Assembly (NCBI GenBank): GCA_044451405.1
Contig: JBIOKB010000018.1
Span: forward strand, 1 to 22,117
Direction: 5' to 3'
Origin: Candidatus Babeliales bacterium
GTDB lineage: Bacteria > Babelota > Babeliae > Babelales > Vermiphilaceae
DNA length: 22,117 bases
Numbering within the stretch: position 1 is the stretch's first letter; each line of letters starts with the position of its first letter. The notes below the pieces were generated by a model, which was not told the DNA's origin, made no database searches, and saw only the letters and a program-made list of their open reading frames with translations. Shown here piece after piece: positions 9,247 through 17,309 of this stretch. The position numbers were made by a program, and so were the translations under genes.

Positions 9247-10959
9247 ATGACACCCCATGACCCAAGCAAAGATCCTAAAGATCTCGCGATAAAAACATCT
9301 GAAGGTAAACAAACGCCTGAAGCATCGCGTGATGGGGAAACAGAGCAAACCCGTATCAGTAGTGCTGGCGAACATGAGGGACATGCAAAAACGTCAACAC
9401 GACGAACTGCCGCACATAAATCAAAAGCTGGTGAAGGGATGGGAACTGCTGAGCATCCTGAACATAAAGTTTACCAAGAACGAACTCTGCCTGATGTACA
9501 ACCCGGGGTGAAAGAAGAGAGTATCCTATCAACTGAACCTAAATCTGATACAGCTCCTACCGTAAAACATGAACATGAACCGCGTAGAGAACGTGAGTAT
9601 CGTCCGCACCATAAAAATCAGTATCAACAGCAATCACAACAGTACCAAGAGCCTAAAAAAACACGGCTTGAAGAATTCTCTCTCAACGACTTAAATCTCT
9701 ATGCGCGTCGGTTGGGTATTGTTGGTGCTTCTCTTATGAATAAAGAAGATCTTGTTAAAAAGATTCGCTATGTAGAAGCGCATCCAGATCTTGAAATGGA
9801 AGTAATAGGGGTCCTTGAAAAATTGCCCGATGGTTTTGGGTTCTTGCGTTCTTCTGCCTATGATTATGTATCAGGACCAGATGATATTTATGTTTCACCA
9901 TCACAAATTCGTCGCTTTAATTTAAAAACGGGCGATACAGTCACCGGGGTAATCCGCAAACCAAAAGAAGGTGAAAAATATTTTGCGTTACTGAAAGTAA
10001 GCAAGATTAATGATAACGAGCCTTCCTTGACTGCCGATCGGATTAATTTTGATAACTTATCACCGCTGCATCCCAATAAAAAATTTAACCTTGAATTTAA
10101 TCCAACGGTACTTTCAACCCGCATTATGGATATTTTTGCACCTATTGGCCGCGGTCAGCGTGGGTTAATTGTTGCACCTCCTAAAGTGGGTAAAACGGTA
10201 CTCCTTAAAGAAATTTCCCAAGCAGTTATCGCCAATCACCCTGAAGTTATACTCATTGTATTGCTTGTGGATGAACGTCCTGAAGAAGTTGCTGATATGA
10301 AGCGTATGGTCAGGGGTACTTCTGCAGAAGTAATTAGCTCAACGTTTGATGAATCAGCAGAACGTCACGTACAAGTTGCAGAAGTTGTGCTTGAAAAAGC
10401 AAAGCGTATGGTTGAATCTGGCAAAGATGTGGTAATCATTCTTGATTCTCTTACCCGGTTAGCACGTGCCTATAACGCGATTGCACCAGCATCAGGTAAA
10501 GTTCTTACTGGTGGTGTTGATGCTAACGCATTGCAGCGTCCTAAGCGATTCTTTGGTGCAGCACGTAATACTGAAGAAGGCGGCTCATTAACCATTATTG
10601 CATCAGCCTTGATTGATACTGGTTCACGTATGGATGAAGTAATTTACGAAGAGTTCAAAGGTACCGGTAACATGGAAATTCACCTGACACGTAAATTATC
10701 AAATCGTCGTGTATTCCCTGCATTTGATCTTATTAATTCAGGTACGCGTAGAGAAGATCTCTTGCTTCCAGAAGATGAATTGAAGAAAGTATGGATCTTG
10801 CAGAAGTTCTTATCAACAATGAACACGGCCGAAGGCATGGAGTTCTTGATTGAGAAGATTAAAAAGACAGCAACTAACCGTGAATTCCTGGATTCGATTA
10901 ATAAAAAGACGGCCGGCGTTGGCGGTGGAGGCGGCTCCAATGGAAGTAGCGGTTTTTAA
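9247..10959 (+). CDS. rho: Transcription termination factor Rho with long N-terminal extension
   Basis: [74 protein letters not shown] before ATG 9247. Confidence 0.98.
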   Translation: MTPHDPSKDPKDLAIKTSEGKQTPEASRDGETEQTRISSAGEHEGHAKTSTRRTAAHKSKAGEGMGTAEHPEHKVYQERTLPDVQPGVKEESILSTEPKSDTAPTVKHEHEPRREREYRPHHKNQYQQQSQQYQEPKKTRLEEFSLNDLNLYARRLGIVGASLMNKEDLVKKIRYVEAHPDLEMEVIGVLEKLPDGFGFLRSSAYDYVSGPDDIYVSPSQIRRFNLKTGDTVTGVIRKPKEGEKYFALLKVSKINDNEPSLTADRINFDNLSPLHPNKKFNLEFNPTVLSTRIMDIFAPIGRGQRGLIVAPPKVGKTVLLKEISQAVIANHPEVILIVLLVDERPEEVADMKRMVRGTSAEVISSTFDESAERHVQVAEVVLEKAKRMVESGKDVVIILDSLTRLARAYNAIAPASGKVLTGGVDANALQRPKRFFGAARNTEEGGSLTIIASALIDTGSRMDEVIYEEFKGTGNMEIHLTRKLSNRRVFPAFDLINSGTRREDLLLPEDELKKVWILQKFLSTMNTAEGMEFLIEKIKKTATNREFLDSINKKTAGVGGGGGSNGSSGF

Positions 10960-10978
10960 TAAGCAGACATAGATAACT

Positions 10979-11010
10979 AAAAATCCCGGAAGAAATTCCG
11001 GGATTTTTTT
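10979..11010. terminator. Bidirectional intrinsic terminator between convergent rho and tsaD
   Basis: AAAAATCCCGGAA-gaaa-TTCCGGGATTTTT, with an A-run before and a T-run after. Confidence 0.9.
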
Positions 11011-12022
11011 ATTTTAAAATATCCAACGTTAAATCAGAAAACTCACCCTTGCGCGCTTTGTAGCCACCCACAAAAGCTATCATAGCGCCATTATCGGTGC
11101 AGTATTGTGGTGAGGGAGTAAAAAAGGCAAGCCCTTGATTAGCACACCAGGATTGTAGATTATTGCGTATATATTTATTACACGCTACACCGCCAACAAA
11201 TGATACTGCTTTAATCTGTGGATACTGTGCGTACGCTAAACTTAGTTTTTCTTTAAAAATATCAGAAATGCAGGCAAGCAATGAGCTTGAAACGTGTTGT
11301 TTTAACGTTTCACTGGTATCGAGTAATGTTTTGTTGCGCATATCGTATGCTCCCCGCTTAACCAGATTGTAGAGTACCGCAGTTTTAAGGCCAGAGAAGC
11401 TAAAATCTAATGTTTTTTTTGTTGAGCGCGGGTAGTTAAAAAAATCCTGAAATGCTACTTGCTGCGCTAACTTTTCAATGACCGGGCCACCAGGATAGGG
11501 AAGATTCAACAGCTTTGCTATTTTATCAAACGCTTCCCCTGCTGCATCATCAGCCGTATGGCCAATAAGATCATAGACCCCAAAATCATGTACCAGATAA
11601 AGTGCGGTATGTCCGCCGGACGCGGTTAAACAGAGAAAGGGGAATGGAATAGTATGTTCGATGTTTGCTGAAAATATGTGTCCCTCTAAATGATTAACCC
11701 CAATAAGTTTTTTCTGTTTAACCCACGCAACTGCTTTTGCAAAACAAACACCAATTAATAAAGAGCCAGGCAATCCCGGTTTATGGGTCACGGCAATAGC
11801 ATCAATAGTATCTAATGTTGCGCCTGCAGCTGCTAACGCTTCATCGATAATAACGCCAATTTTTTCTAGATGTGATCGGGAGGCAATTTCAGGTACCACG
11901 CCGCCATACTGCTTATGCATCTCAATTTGTGAAAATAATTTGTTAGAAAGCATACCGCGTGAGGTATCATAGACTGCTGCAGCAGTTTCATCACAGGATG
12001 TTTCAATGCCTAAAATTTTAAT
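11009..12022 (-). CDS. tsaD: tRNA N6-adenosine threonylcarbamoyltransferase TsaD; probable ATT start
   Basis: KILGIETSCDET lies in frame upstream of the tracked ATG; GGVVPEIASRSH, NHLEGH, SGGHT, DDAAGEAFDK, SFSGLKT, GGVACN, CTDNGAMIA; 337 aa from ATT 12022. Confidence 0.96.
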   Translation of the reverse strand: MKILGIETSCDETAAAVYDTSRGMLSNKLFSQIEMHKQYGGVVPEIASRSHLEKIGVIIDEALAAAGATLDTIDAIAVTHKPGLPGSLLIGVCFAKAVAWVKQKKLIGVNHLEGHIFSANIEHTIPFPFLCLTASGGHTALYLVHDFGVYDLIGHTADDAAGEAFDKIAKLLNLPYPGGPVIEKLAQQVAFQDFFNYPRSTKKTLDFSFSGLKTAVLYNLVKRGAYDMRNKTLLDTSETLKQHVSSSLLACISDIFKEKLSLAYAQYPQIKAVSFVGGVACNKYIRNNLQSWCANQGLAFFTPSPQYCTDNGAMIAFVGGYKARKGEFSDLTLDILK

Positions 12023-12037
12023 GGGGTTTCCTCGGGA

Positions 12038-12730
12038 TTATTTATTCATGGCGAGTACTGTTTTTTGCCCATGGTGCAGTTCTTGCTCTATGGTTGAATG
12101 GAGTGCATTTACATCTAATGATGCAAGCAGAAGCTCTATTGATTTTTCATGGAGAGAGTGCTCAGAGCCCACTAAATCAACCACGTTAGATTTTATGGTA
12201 ATGGTTGGCAAATCTATTGCGTTGCCTCCTGTAAGATCTTCGACCAAATTCGGATCATAACAGATAATGATTGCATCATCAGGAATGCGGCGATCGCTGC
12301 CGTGGCCAAAAAAGAGCTTATGAATTTCCCATCCATATGGAGATTGCCCTTTGTTTCCCTCTATCATCGCTTTTTTTACCAGGAGAATGCGGTACCATGT
12401 ATACGCTTGTTCTTGAGGAATGGTTAGATATTTAATGGTATTAAGTTCGTGTACTTTGTAGCTAATTTTTGGCGTGATAATAATGTCAAAATAAAAGCGC
12501 TGGCGATCACCAGGAATAGCAAATGACATATATTTATTGGTATTATGAGCCTCACATTTTATTTTATGGCCGCAGTGATACACACGCATGACGGGCAATT
12601 CTTCCAGATCGCGAGGAAATTGAATGCTTCCCATATACAACATATGCAGTGGTGTTGCTATAAGGGATAGGTGAGCGCATGCACATAAAATGGTTACAAA
12701 GACGACTTTGTTGAATGATTTTTTTATCAT
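12038..12730 (-). CDS. Hypothetical exported protein
   Basis: 230 aa from ATG 12730 (MIKKSFNKVVFVTILC...), SD AGGA, signal-peptide-like N-terminus; ends 15 bp before tsaD. Confidence 0.8.
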   Translation of the reverse strand: MIKKSFNKVVFVTILCACAHLSLIATPLHMLYMGSIQFPRDLEELPVMRVYHCGHKIKCEAHNTNKYMSFAIPGDRQRFYFDIIITPKISYKVHELNTIKYLTIPQEQAYTWYRILLVKKAMIEGNKGQSPYGWEIHKLFFGHGSDRRIPDDAIIICYDPNLVEDLTGGNAIDLPTITIKSNVVDLVGSEHSLHEKSIELLLASLDVNALHSTIEQELHHGQKTVLAMNK

Positions 12731-12828
12731 AGAGTATCCTAGGTAGTGTGTACTATACAGATGTAATGTTACCGCGTACAATACTATATTCTACTATTGT
12801 TGGTCTGGCCCAAAAATCTATACAAACT

Positions 12829-13332
12829 ATGATTATACAGCGTCTACATAATTTTTTAAGATCACTTTTAACTAAAGAACGATCTCCGCACAAATTGGCA
12901 TTATCCGTATCGTTAGGGATATATATCGCATTTTGCCCTTTTATTGGTTTTCATACTCTCATTACCTTTTTGTTCTCATGGCTTTTAGGGCTTAATGTAG
13001 TGGTTGTCTGGATTGTATGCCATATTATTAATAATCCATGGACTATGGTACCAGTATATGGTGTTGGGTACATGTTTGGTGATTGGCTATTAACTGATGT
13101 GATTGGGTGGAATACCATGGCGCTCAATCCTTCCTGGATGCAGTGGGTGAATGGATTGTTAAATGCCCATATTGGCATGCCGCACGTTGCATTCTGGTCG
13201 TTGATGATAGGGGGTAACATCATTGGGTTAGCTCTTGCGCTACCAGCCTATCCATTTTTTAAGCGTATTATTACCCGCCTTGCAGCCGAGCCAGTCCATA
13301 AGCATCTTAAGAGCAACAAAGAGACGGCGTAG
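12829..13332 (+). CDS. DUF2062-like membrane protein
   Basis: SPHKLALSVSLGIYIAFCPFIGFHT and NNPWTMVPVY match the recalled DUF2062 pattern; several TM segments; start uncertain. Confidence 0.8.
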   Translation: MIIQRLHNFLRSLLTKERSPHKLALSVSLGIYIAFCPFIGFHTLITFLFSWLLGLNVVVVWIVCHIINNPWTMVPVYGVGYMFGDWLLTDVIGWNTMALNPSWMQWVNGLLNAHIGMPHVAFWSLMIGGNIIGLALALPAYPFFKRIITRLAAEPVHKHLKSNKETA

Positions 13333-13342
13333 GATAGGGGAC

Positions 13343-13804
13343 ATGAAAATTATAGTTCAGAACAAAAAAGCCTTTTTTGATTATGATATCGCAGAAAAGC
13401 TAGAAGCGGGTATCGTGCTTACCGGCGATGAAGTAAAATCCCTGCGGGCAGGTCAGGTATCATTAGCCGGCTCATTTGCCCATGTACGCAATGGCGAGCT
13501 CTATCTAAACAACGCCTCAATTACTCCCTACGCTAAAGCCTTCAGCAAGGGTGATGAAAAAAGTGCTACCAAGGCGCGTAAATTGCTCCTTAAAAAGCGG
13601 GAACTAGAAAAATTAATCGGGGATATCTCTAAAAAAGGCATAACTATCGTGCCGTTACGTATGTATTTTAATGATAAAAACTTCGTAAAAGTTGAGCTTG
13701 GGGTTGGTAAATCTAAAAAAGCAGCGGGTAAAAAGCAAACTATTAAAGAACGGGATATTGCCCGGGAAACCCGGCGTGAGCTTAAGGACGTGTACAAATA
13801 TTAG
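13343..13804 (+). CDS. smpB: SsrA-binding protein
   Basis: NKKAFFDY, EAGIVLTGDEVKSLR, RKLLLKKRE, TIVPLRMYF; 153 aa from ATG 13343. Confidence 0.98.
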   Translation: MKIIVQNKKAFFDYDIAEKLEAGIVLTGDEVKSLRAGQVSLAGSFAHVRNGELYLNNASITPYAKAFSKGDEKSATKARKLLLKKRELEKLIGDISKKGITIVPLRMYFNDKNFVKVELGVGKSKKAAGKKQTIKERDIARETRRELKDVYKY

Positions 13805-13823
13805 GGTATAGAAAGGGATTATT

Positions 13824-15095
13824 GTGTATTACGTAAAACATCTTTCACTGCTGTCACTTATTGCTATCGCATCACTTAATGGTATGTCTGAAGAACCAGC
13901 TTTTAAAAAACAAAGAGTTAGTAGCTCTGAAGATGAGGTTAAATTAAAAGCTGCTGCACAGCATGCTCTTACAAAACCACAAGAAATGGGTATACAAGAT
14001 ACGTTAGCAAGTTTTATACGTCGTGATCCTACAACAATTGTAAAGGCGTATCTGGGATGGGATAAACAATCATATGGTATACTAAAGTCGTCGACTTGTT
14101 TAGCTTTTGGACGAGATGAGCAGGATAAGCCACTTGTGTACATAGGTAACCCTATCTATGTGAATATTTTTTGTCCTGCTGAAAAAAGAATATTAGAAAA
14201 AATTCTTGTTGCTGAACCTTATCTGTATACAAGTGTAGTAGATTCAATTTTTCCGTTGGCAGCAGGTAAGTTTATAGCTAAATCACTATCGTCTATTCGA
14301 TTATTTAATCGCGATCATGAGGAAGACTTGAGTAGAGTAAATATAGATACCCCGGGTTCTTTAGCACAAAATAGATTTTTATCTATGTCCGTGGGTACCA
14401 ATAATATAGGTATTCCAACGCTGCTTATAAGAAGATATGGCGTGTCTATGGGGAGGGTCATTAAAGCATTCTTAAGAGGATCTGATCTATTACTTCCTAA
14501 GATCAATAGACAAACAGAAAATATTTTTGTATTGGAGACTGATGAACAGGAGACTGCTTCGTGTATTGGTAAAGCAAAGAATGGTGATTGCCTTGGGTAT
14601 TACATATATGATAACGGGGTGGCAGTATTCAATCTTGAAAGTGGAATGCTTAAAAAACAATTTCCCTATGATCCTAAATTGAAATCAAAACTTAATGGAG
14701 TGCTTTGCTCTGCTAATGATGAGGGACATGTTGCTATAGGGGCTTTAGAATGTGTATATATTTACGATGAAAATGGCACATTAATTAAAGAAATTCCATT
14801 TCCTTTTCTAGGCTCAGTTGACTTGACGAATAAAGGTCGTTGTATACTTGGAGATACAAAAAAGGGATTATTGCGTAGTTTTTCCATTGCTTCAGATGAA
14901 GTACATGATATTGGAACCTGTTCTTTCGAAAAAAGGCATTGGTACCCCATTTTAGATACTAAGAATGTTACAGTTGATCGTAACAAACCAACGAGAGTTG
15001 CTGCATTAAATGAACAAGGTGCGCTTACTATATGGACTGATGAGGCGGAAGCTATTGAGGCGTATGATAGGGAATTAAAAGAACGCCGATCGTAA
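13824..15095 (+). CDS. Hypothetical exported protein, beta-rich (possible beta-propeller)
   Basis: 423-aa ORF, GTG start after AAGGGA, signal-peptide-like N-terminus, WD40-like strands (IRLFN, VAVFN, VYIYD, LTIWT). Confidence 0.8.
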   Translation: MYYVKHLSLLSLIAIASLNGMSEEPAFKKQRVSSSEDEVKLKAAAQHALTKPQEMGIQDTLASFIRRDPTTIVKAYLGWDKQSYGILKSSTCLAFGRDEQDKPLVYIGNPIYVNIFCPAEKRILEKILVAEPYLYTSVVDSIFPLAAGKFIAKSLSSIRLFNRDHEEDLSRVNIDTPGSLAQNRFLSMSVGTNNIGIPTLLIRRYGVSMGRVIKAFLRGSDLLLPKINRQTENIFVLETDEQETASCIGKAKNGDCLGYYIYDNGVAVFNLESGMLKKQFPYDPKLKSKLNGVLCSANDEGHVAIGALECVYIYDENGTLIKEIPFPFLGSVDLTNKGRCILGDTKKGLLRSFSIASDEVHDIGTCSFEKRHWYPILDTKNVTVDRNKPTRVAALNEQGALTIWTDEAEAIEAYDRELKERRS

Positions 15096-15123
15096 CCATC
15101 TGGGGGCTTTAAAAATATACCTT

Positions 15124-15153
15124 TTGCACAAGAACCTAAAGCCTTGCTATACT
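15124..15153 (+). promoter_or_regulatory. Putative ssrA promoter
   Basis: TTGCAC-18 bp-TATACT with extended TG; an overlapping TATAAT at 15153-15158. Confidence 0.6.
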
Positions 15154-15178
15154 ATAATAAAATCTCTTTGAAATTTTT

Positions 15179-15548
15179 GGGGGCGTACTGGCTTCGACGG
15201 GTTATGAATGGCGTTGAAAGCATGCCGAGCGTGATTCAAGTGCTCGTTAAACAATTGGATAAACAAGAAACGCAACTCCTAGCGAGTTCAACAACGCTAA
15301 CTTAGCTTACTGCTAATTTAGCTTGTTCTTGTCAGTTAATTCGTGCCTGTGAGGGTTGCTGACTCGTATTTACTCACATAGGACTTATCGGGTAAGGATT
15401 GCTAGATGTGTAGCCTGATTCGTATCACACAACTGGTTCACGAACAATGCTCTGTTTTCGAGGCGTTTGTGAATATAATCGAAAAATAAGCATGTAGTGT
15501 TTGACACTTGCAGTAATGCGGACATGGGTTCGACTCCCATCGCCTCCA
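15179..15548 (+). ncRNA. ssrA: tmRNA (one-piece)
   Basis: 5' GGGGGCGTACTGGCTTCGACGGG pairs with 3' CGCCTCC-A with a G3.U pair; T-arm ATGGGTTCGACTCCCAT; pk1 (CGAGC/GCTCG, ATTCAA/TTGGAT); tag reading frame 15272-15316; smpB nearby. Confidence 0.96.
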
Positions 15549-15600
15549 ATTTTATCTTGTATATTTAGGCTGTTCTTTATCAGAGCAGTCTATTTTTTTG

Positions 15601-15641
15601 CCGTTCGCTCCCTTCGTCAAGCTCAGGGCGAACGGGTTTTT
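15601..15641 (+). repeat. Palindromic REP-like element that may also terminate ssrA
   Basis: CCGTTCGCTC...GGGCGAACGG stem enclosing CCTTCGTCAAGCTCA, resembling the widespread CTTCGACAAGCTCAG-type repeat; T-run follows. Confidence 0.6.
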
Positions 15642-15681
15642 CTAATCTTCTTGTTAAACATAAAAATCTATAAATTGCTAC

Positions 15682-15877
15682 TGGTACGCGAGTTAAGCCA
15701 ACTTCAATCGAACGTAGTGAGAGTGGGGTTGAGCGCCATGTCTGAGCGAAATAATAATTGTGCTTGGCCAATCCGGTTGCCGCCATAATGAATGCGGCCT
15801 TGAGCATTCATCTGGCGAGCTGGATTCCAAAGGTAGCCTTTGGTTTGGGGTGCAGGGTGTTCAAACTAACACCCTGC
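15682..15877 (+). other. Structured non-coding element with four hairpins
   Basis: Stems at 15699-15731, 15770-15826, 15827-15843 and 15852-15877. Confidence 0.55.
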
Positions 15878-15910
15878 GAAGATATTTTGTTAGGTTGTTT
15901 AGTGAAGCAG

Positions 15911-17155
15911 TTATAACGTATAAATGCTGAATAAGCTCTCCATGGATTTGAACAAGTCAACTTGTTCAGCAATCTGCTTACTTCTCCCTTGTGCCAACGC
16001 TTCATTATGTACCCATTCAGGAACAATGCGTTGTGCATAGCGCATGAATGAGGCAAGGCCAATGCTATAGCCAGGATTGCCTAATTTATCTTGGGTTTTT
16101 TCTGGAAAGGCTATGCCAATGCCAAAGAGTCTTGGCGCAATAAATCCTGTTTTTTCATTGTAATCAGTAATAGGACTAGTGCCATTGATGGATGGTAGTT
16201 CGTTACGGTCAAAACCCATAGCGTAGATAACTTTATTGCACTGCGGTAACAGCTGATCTAATGCCTCAGGGGTGCTTTTTATGCGCGTTAAATTGGCTGG
16301 CGGATTCTTTTCTAATACGGTCCGTGCCCATTCAGCGGTAATCCCTTTAAGACCATCATACGGGTTGAGTATCCAGCCTCCCATATCAACAGCGTATACA
16401 ATTGGATGCTTATAGAAATTATAAATATGCTGTACCTCAATTTCGGATAAGAACTTTAAGAGTAAAATTGCCGAGTGTGATCCACCAACAACACCTACCG
16501 TATCAGTTGGATTAACCAGTGGCGGTTTAAGATTCTGTGGGTCAAGGGCGATATCAAGTGGAATAACTGATTGGTTGTTATATTCGAGCGTGCGTGGGTG
16601 GGATCCAGTTGCGAGCACTACATGTTGAGCGGATAGCAACGTGCCTCCCTTGGTTCCTACATGCCATACATCATCAGTAAAATTGAGTGCGGTTAACATA
16701 TCTTTAATGGCATGTACTTTGGTACATAGGTAATCGGTTATAGCTTTGAGTGGCTCAATGATCACCTGGAGTTCAGGGAACTTTTGAGGATCATATTCTT
16801 TTAAAGCTTCAAGGGCGGGACAGTTGCATTCTTGGAAAGATTTGCACGCATTAACAAAATTAACAAACTCCTTGGTGTTATTGTTTGCGGGCACGTGTCC
16901 GTAATAGGCCCCTATGCGTCCAACATTAAATTCAGGGTCGATCCAGGTTATACGCTCAGGCATGATCCCAATATCGAGTAACAGACCAACTACTGCTATA
17001 CCAGCAGGACCAGCACCAATAATAAGCCAATCAGCATCGGTATTTTGGGGTAACTTATAGGTTACGTGGGATGCAATAGAAGTGTCTTGCGGTAACGGTG
17101 TTCCTGTTAGTAGTGTGCACCAGAGAAATATCATACTAAATAGGTGACGTTTCAT
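15911..17155 (-). CDS. FAD/NAD(P)-dependent oxidoreductase (pyridine nucleotide-disulfide/monooxygenase-like) with signal peptide
   Basis: IIGAGPAG Rossmann motif, VVLATGS, second motif VVGGSHSA, YAMGF; ATG 17155 follows AGGAG. Confidence 0.88.
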   Translation of the reverse strand: MKRHLFSMIFLWCTLLTGTPLPQDTSIASHVTYKLPQNTDADWLIIGAGPAGIAVVGLLLDIGIMPERITWIDPEFNVGRIGAYYGHVPANNNTKEFVNFVNACKSFQECNCPALEALKEYDPQKFPELQVIIEPLKAITDYLCTKVHAIKDMLTALNFTDDVWHVGTKGGTLLSAQHVVLATGSHPRTLEYNNQSVIPLDIALDPQNLKPPLVNPTDTVGVVGGSHSAILLLKFLSEIEVQHIYNFYKHPIVYAVDMGGWILNPYDGLKGITAEWARTVLEKNPPANLTRIKSTPEALDQLLPQCNKVIYAMGFDRNELPSINGTSPITDYNEKTGFIAPRLFGIGIAFPEKTQDKLGNPGYSIGLASFMRYAQRIVPEWVHNEALAQGRSKQIAEQVDLFKSMESLFSIYTL

Positions 17156-17309
17156 AGTTCTCCTGTAAAATAGGTAATATGCTTCATACCATGTATTTAC
17201 CATACTCACTTATCTTATCAGGTGTAAAGGGTTATAGGCCGCCACTCTCATGGCTTGCACTCCAAGTAACAACTGGAGTCAGAGAGGGTGAAACTTTAGG
17301 GATTTTATT

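Noticed and set aside
11009-11953. tsaD as an N-terminally truncated pseudogene
   Set aside because: The missing conserved N-terminus is present in frame up to ATT 12022, with an SD.
15101-15107. TGGGGGC resembling the tmRNA 5' end
   Set aside because: A 7-bp match, compatible with chance.
15501-16062. ORFs 15501-15788, 15580-15807 and 15808-16062
   Set aside because: They overlap the tmRNA 3' end, palindromic elements or the oxidoreductase in another frame, and carry no protein motifs.
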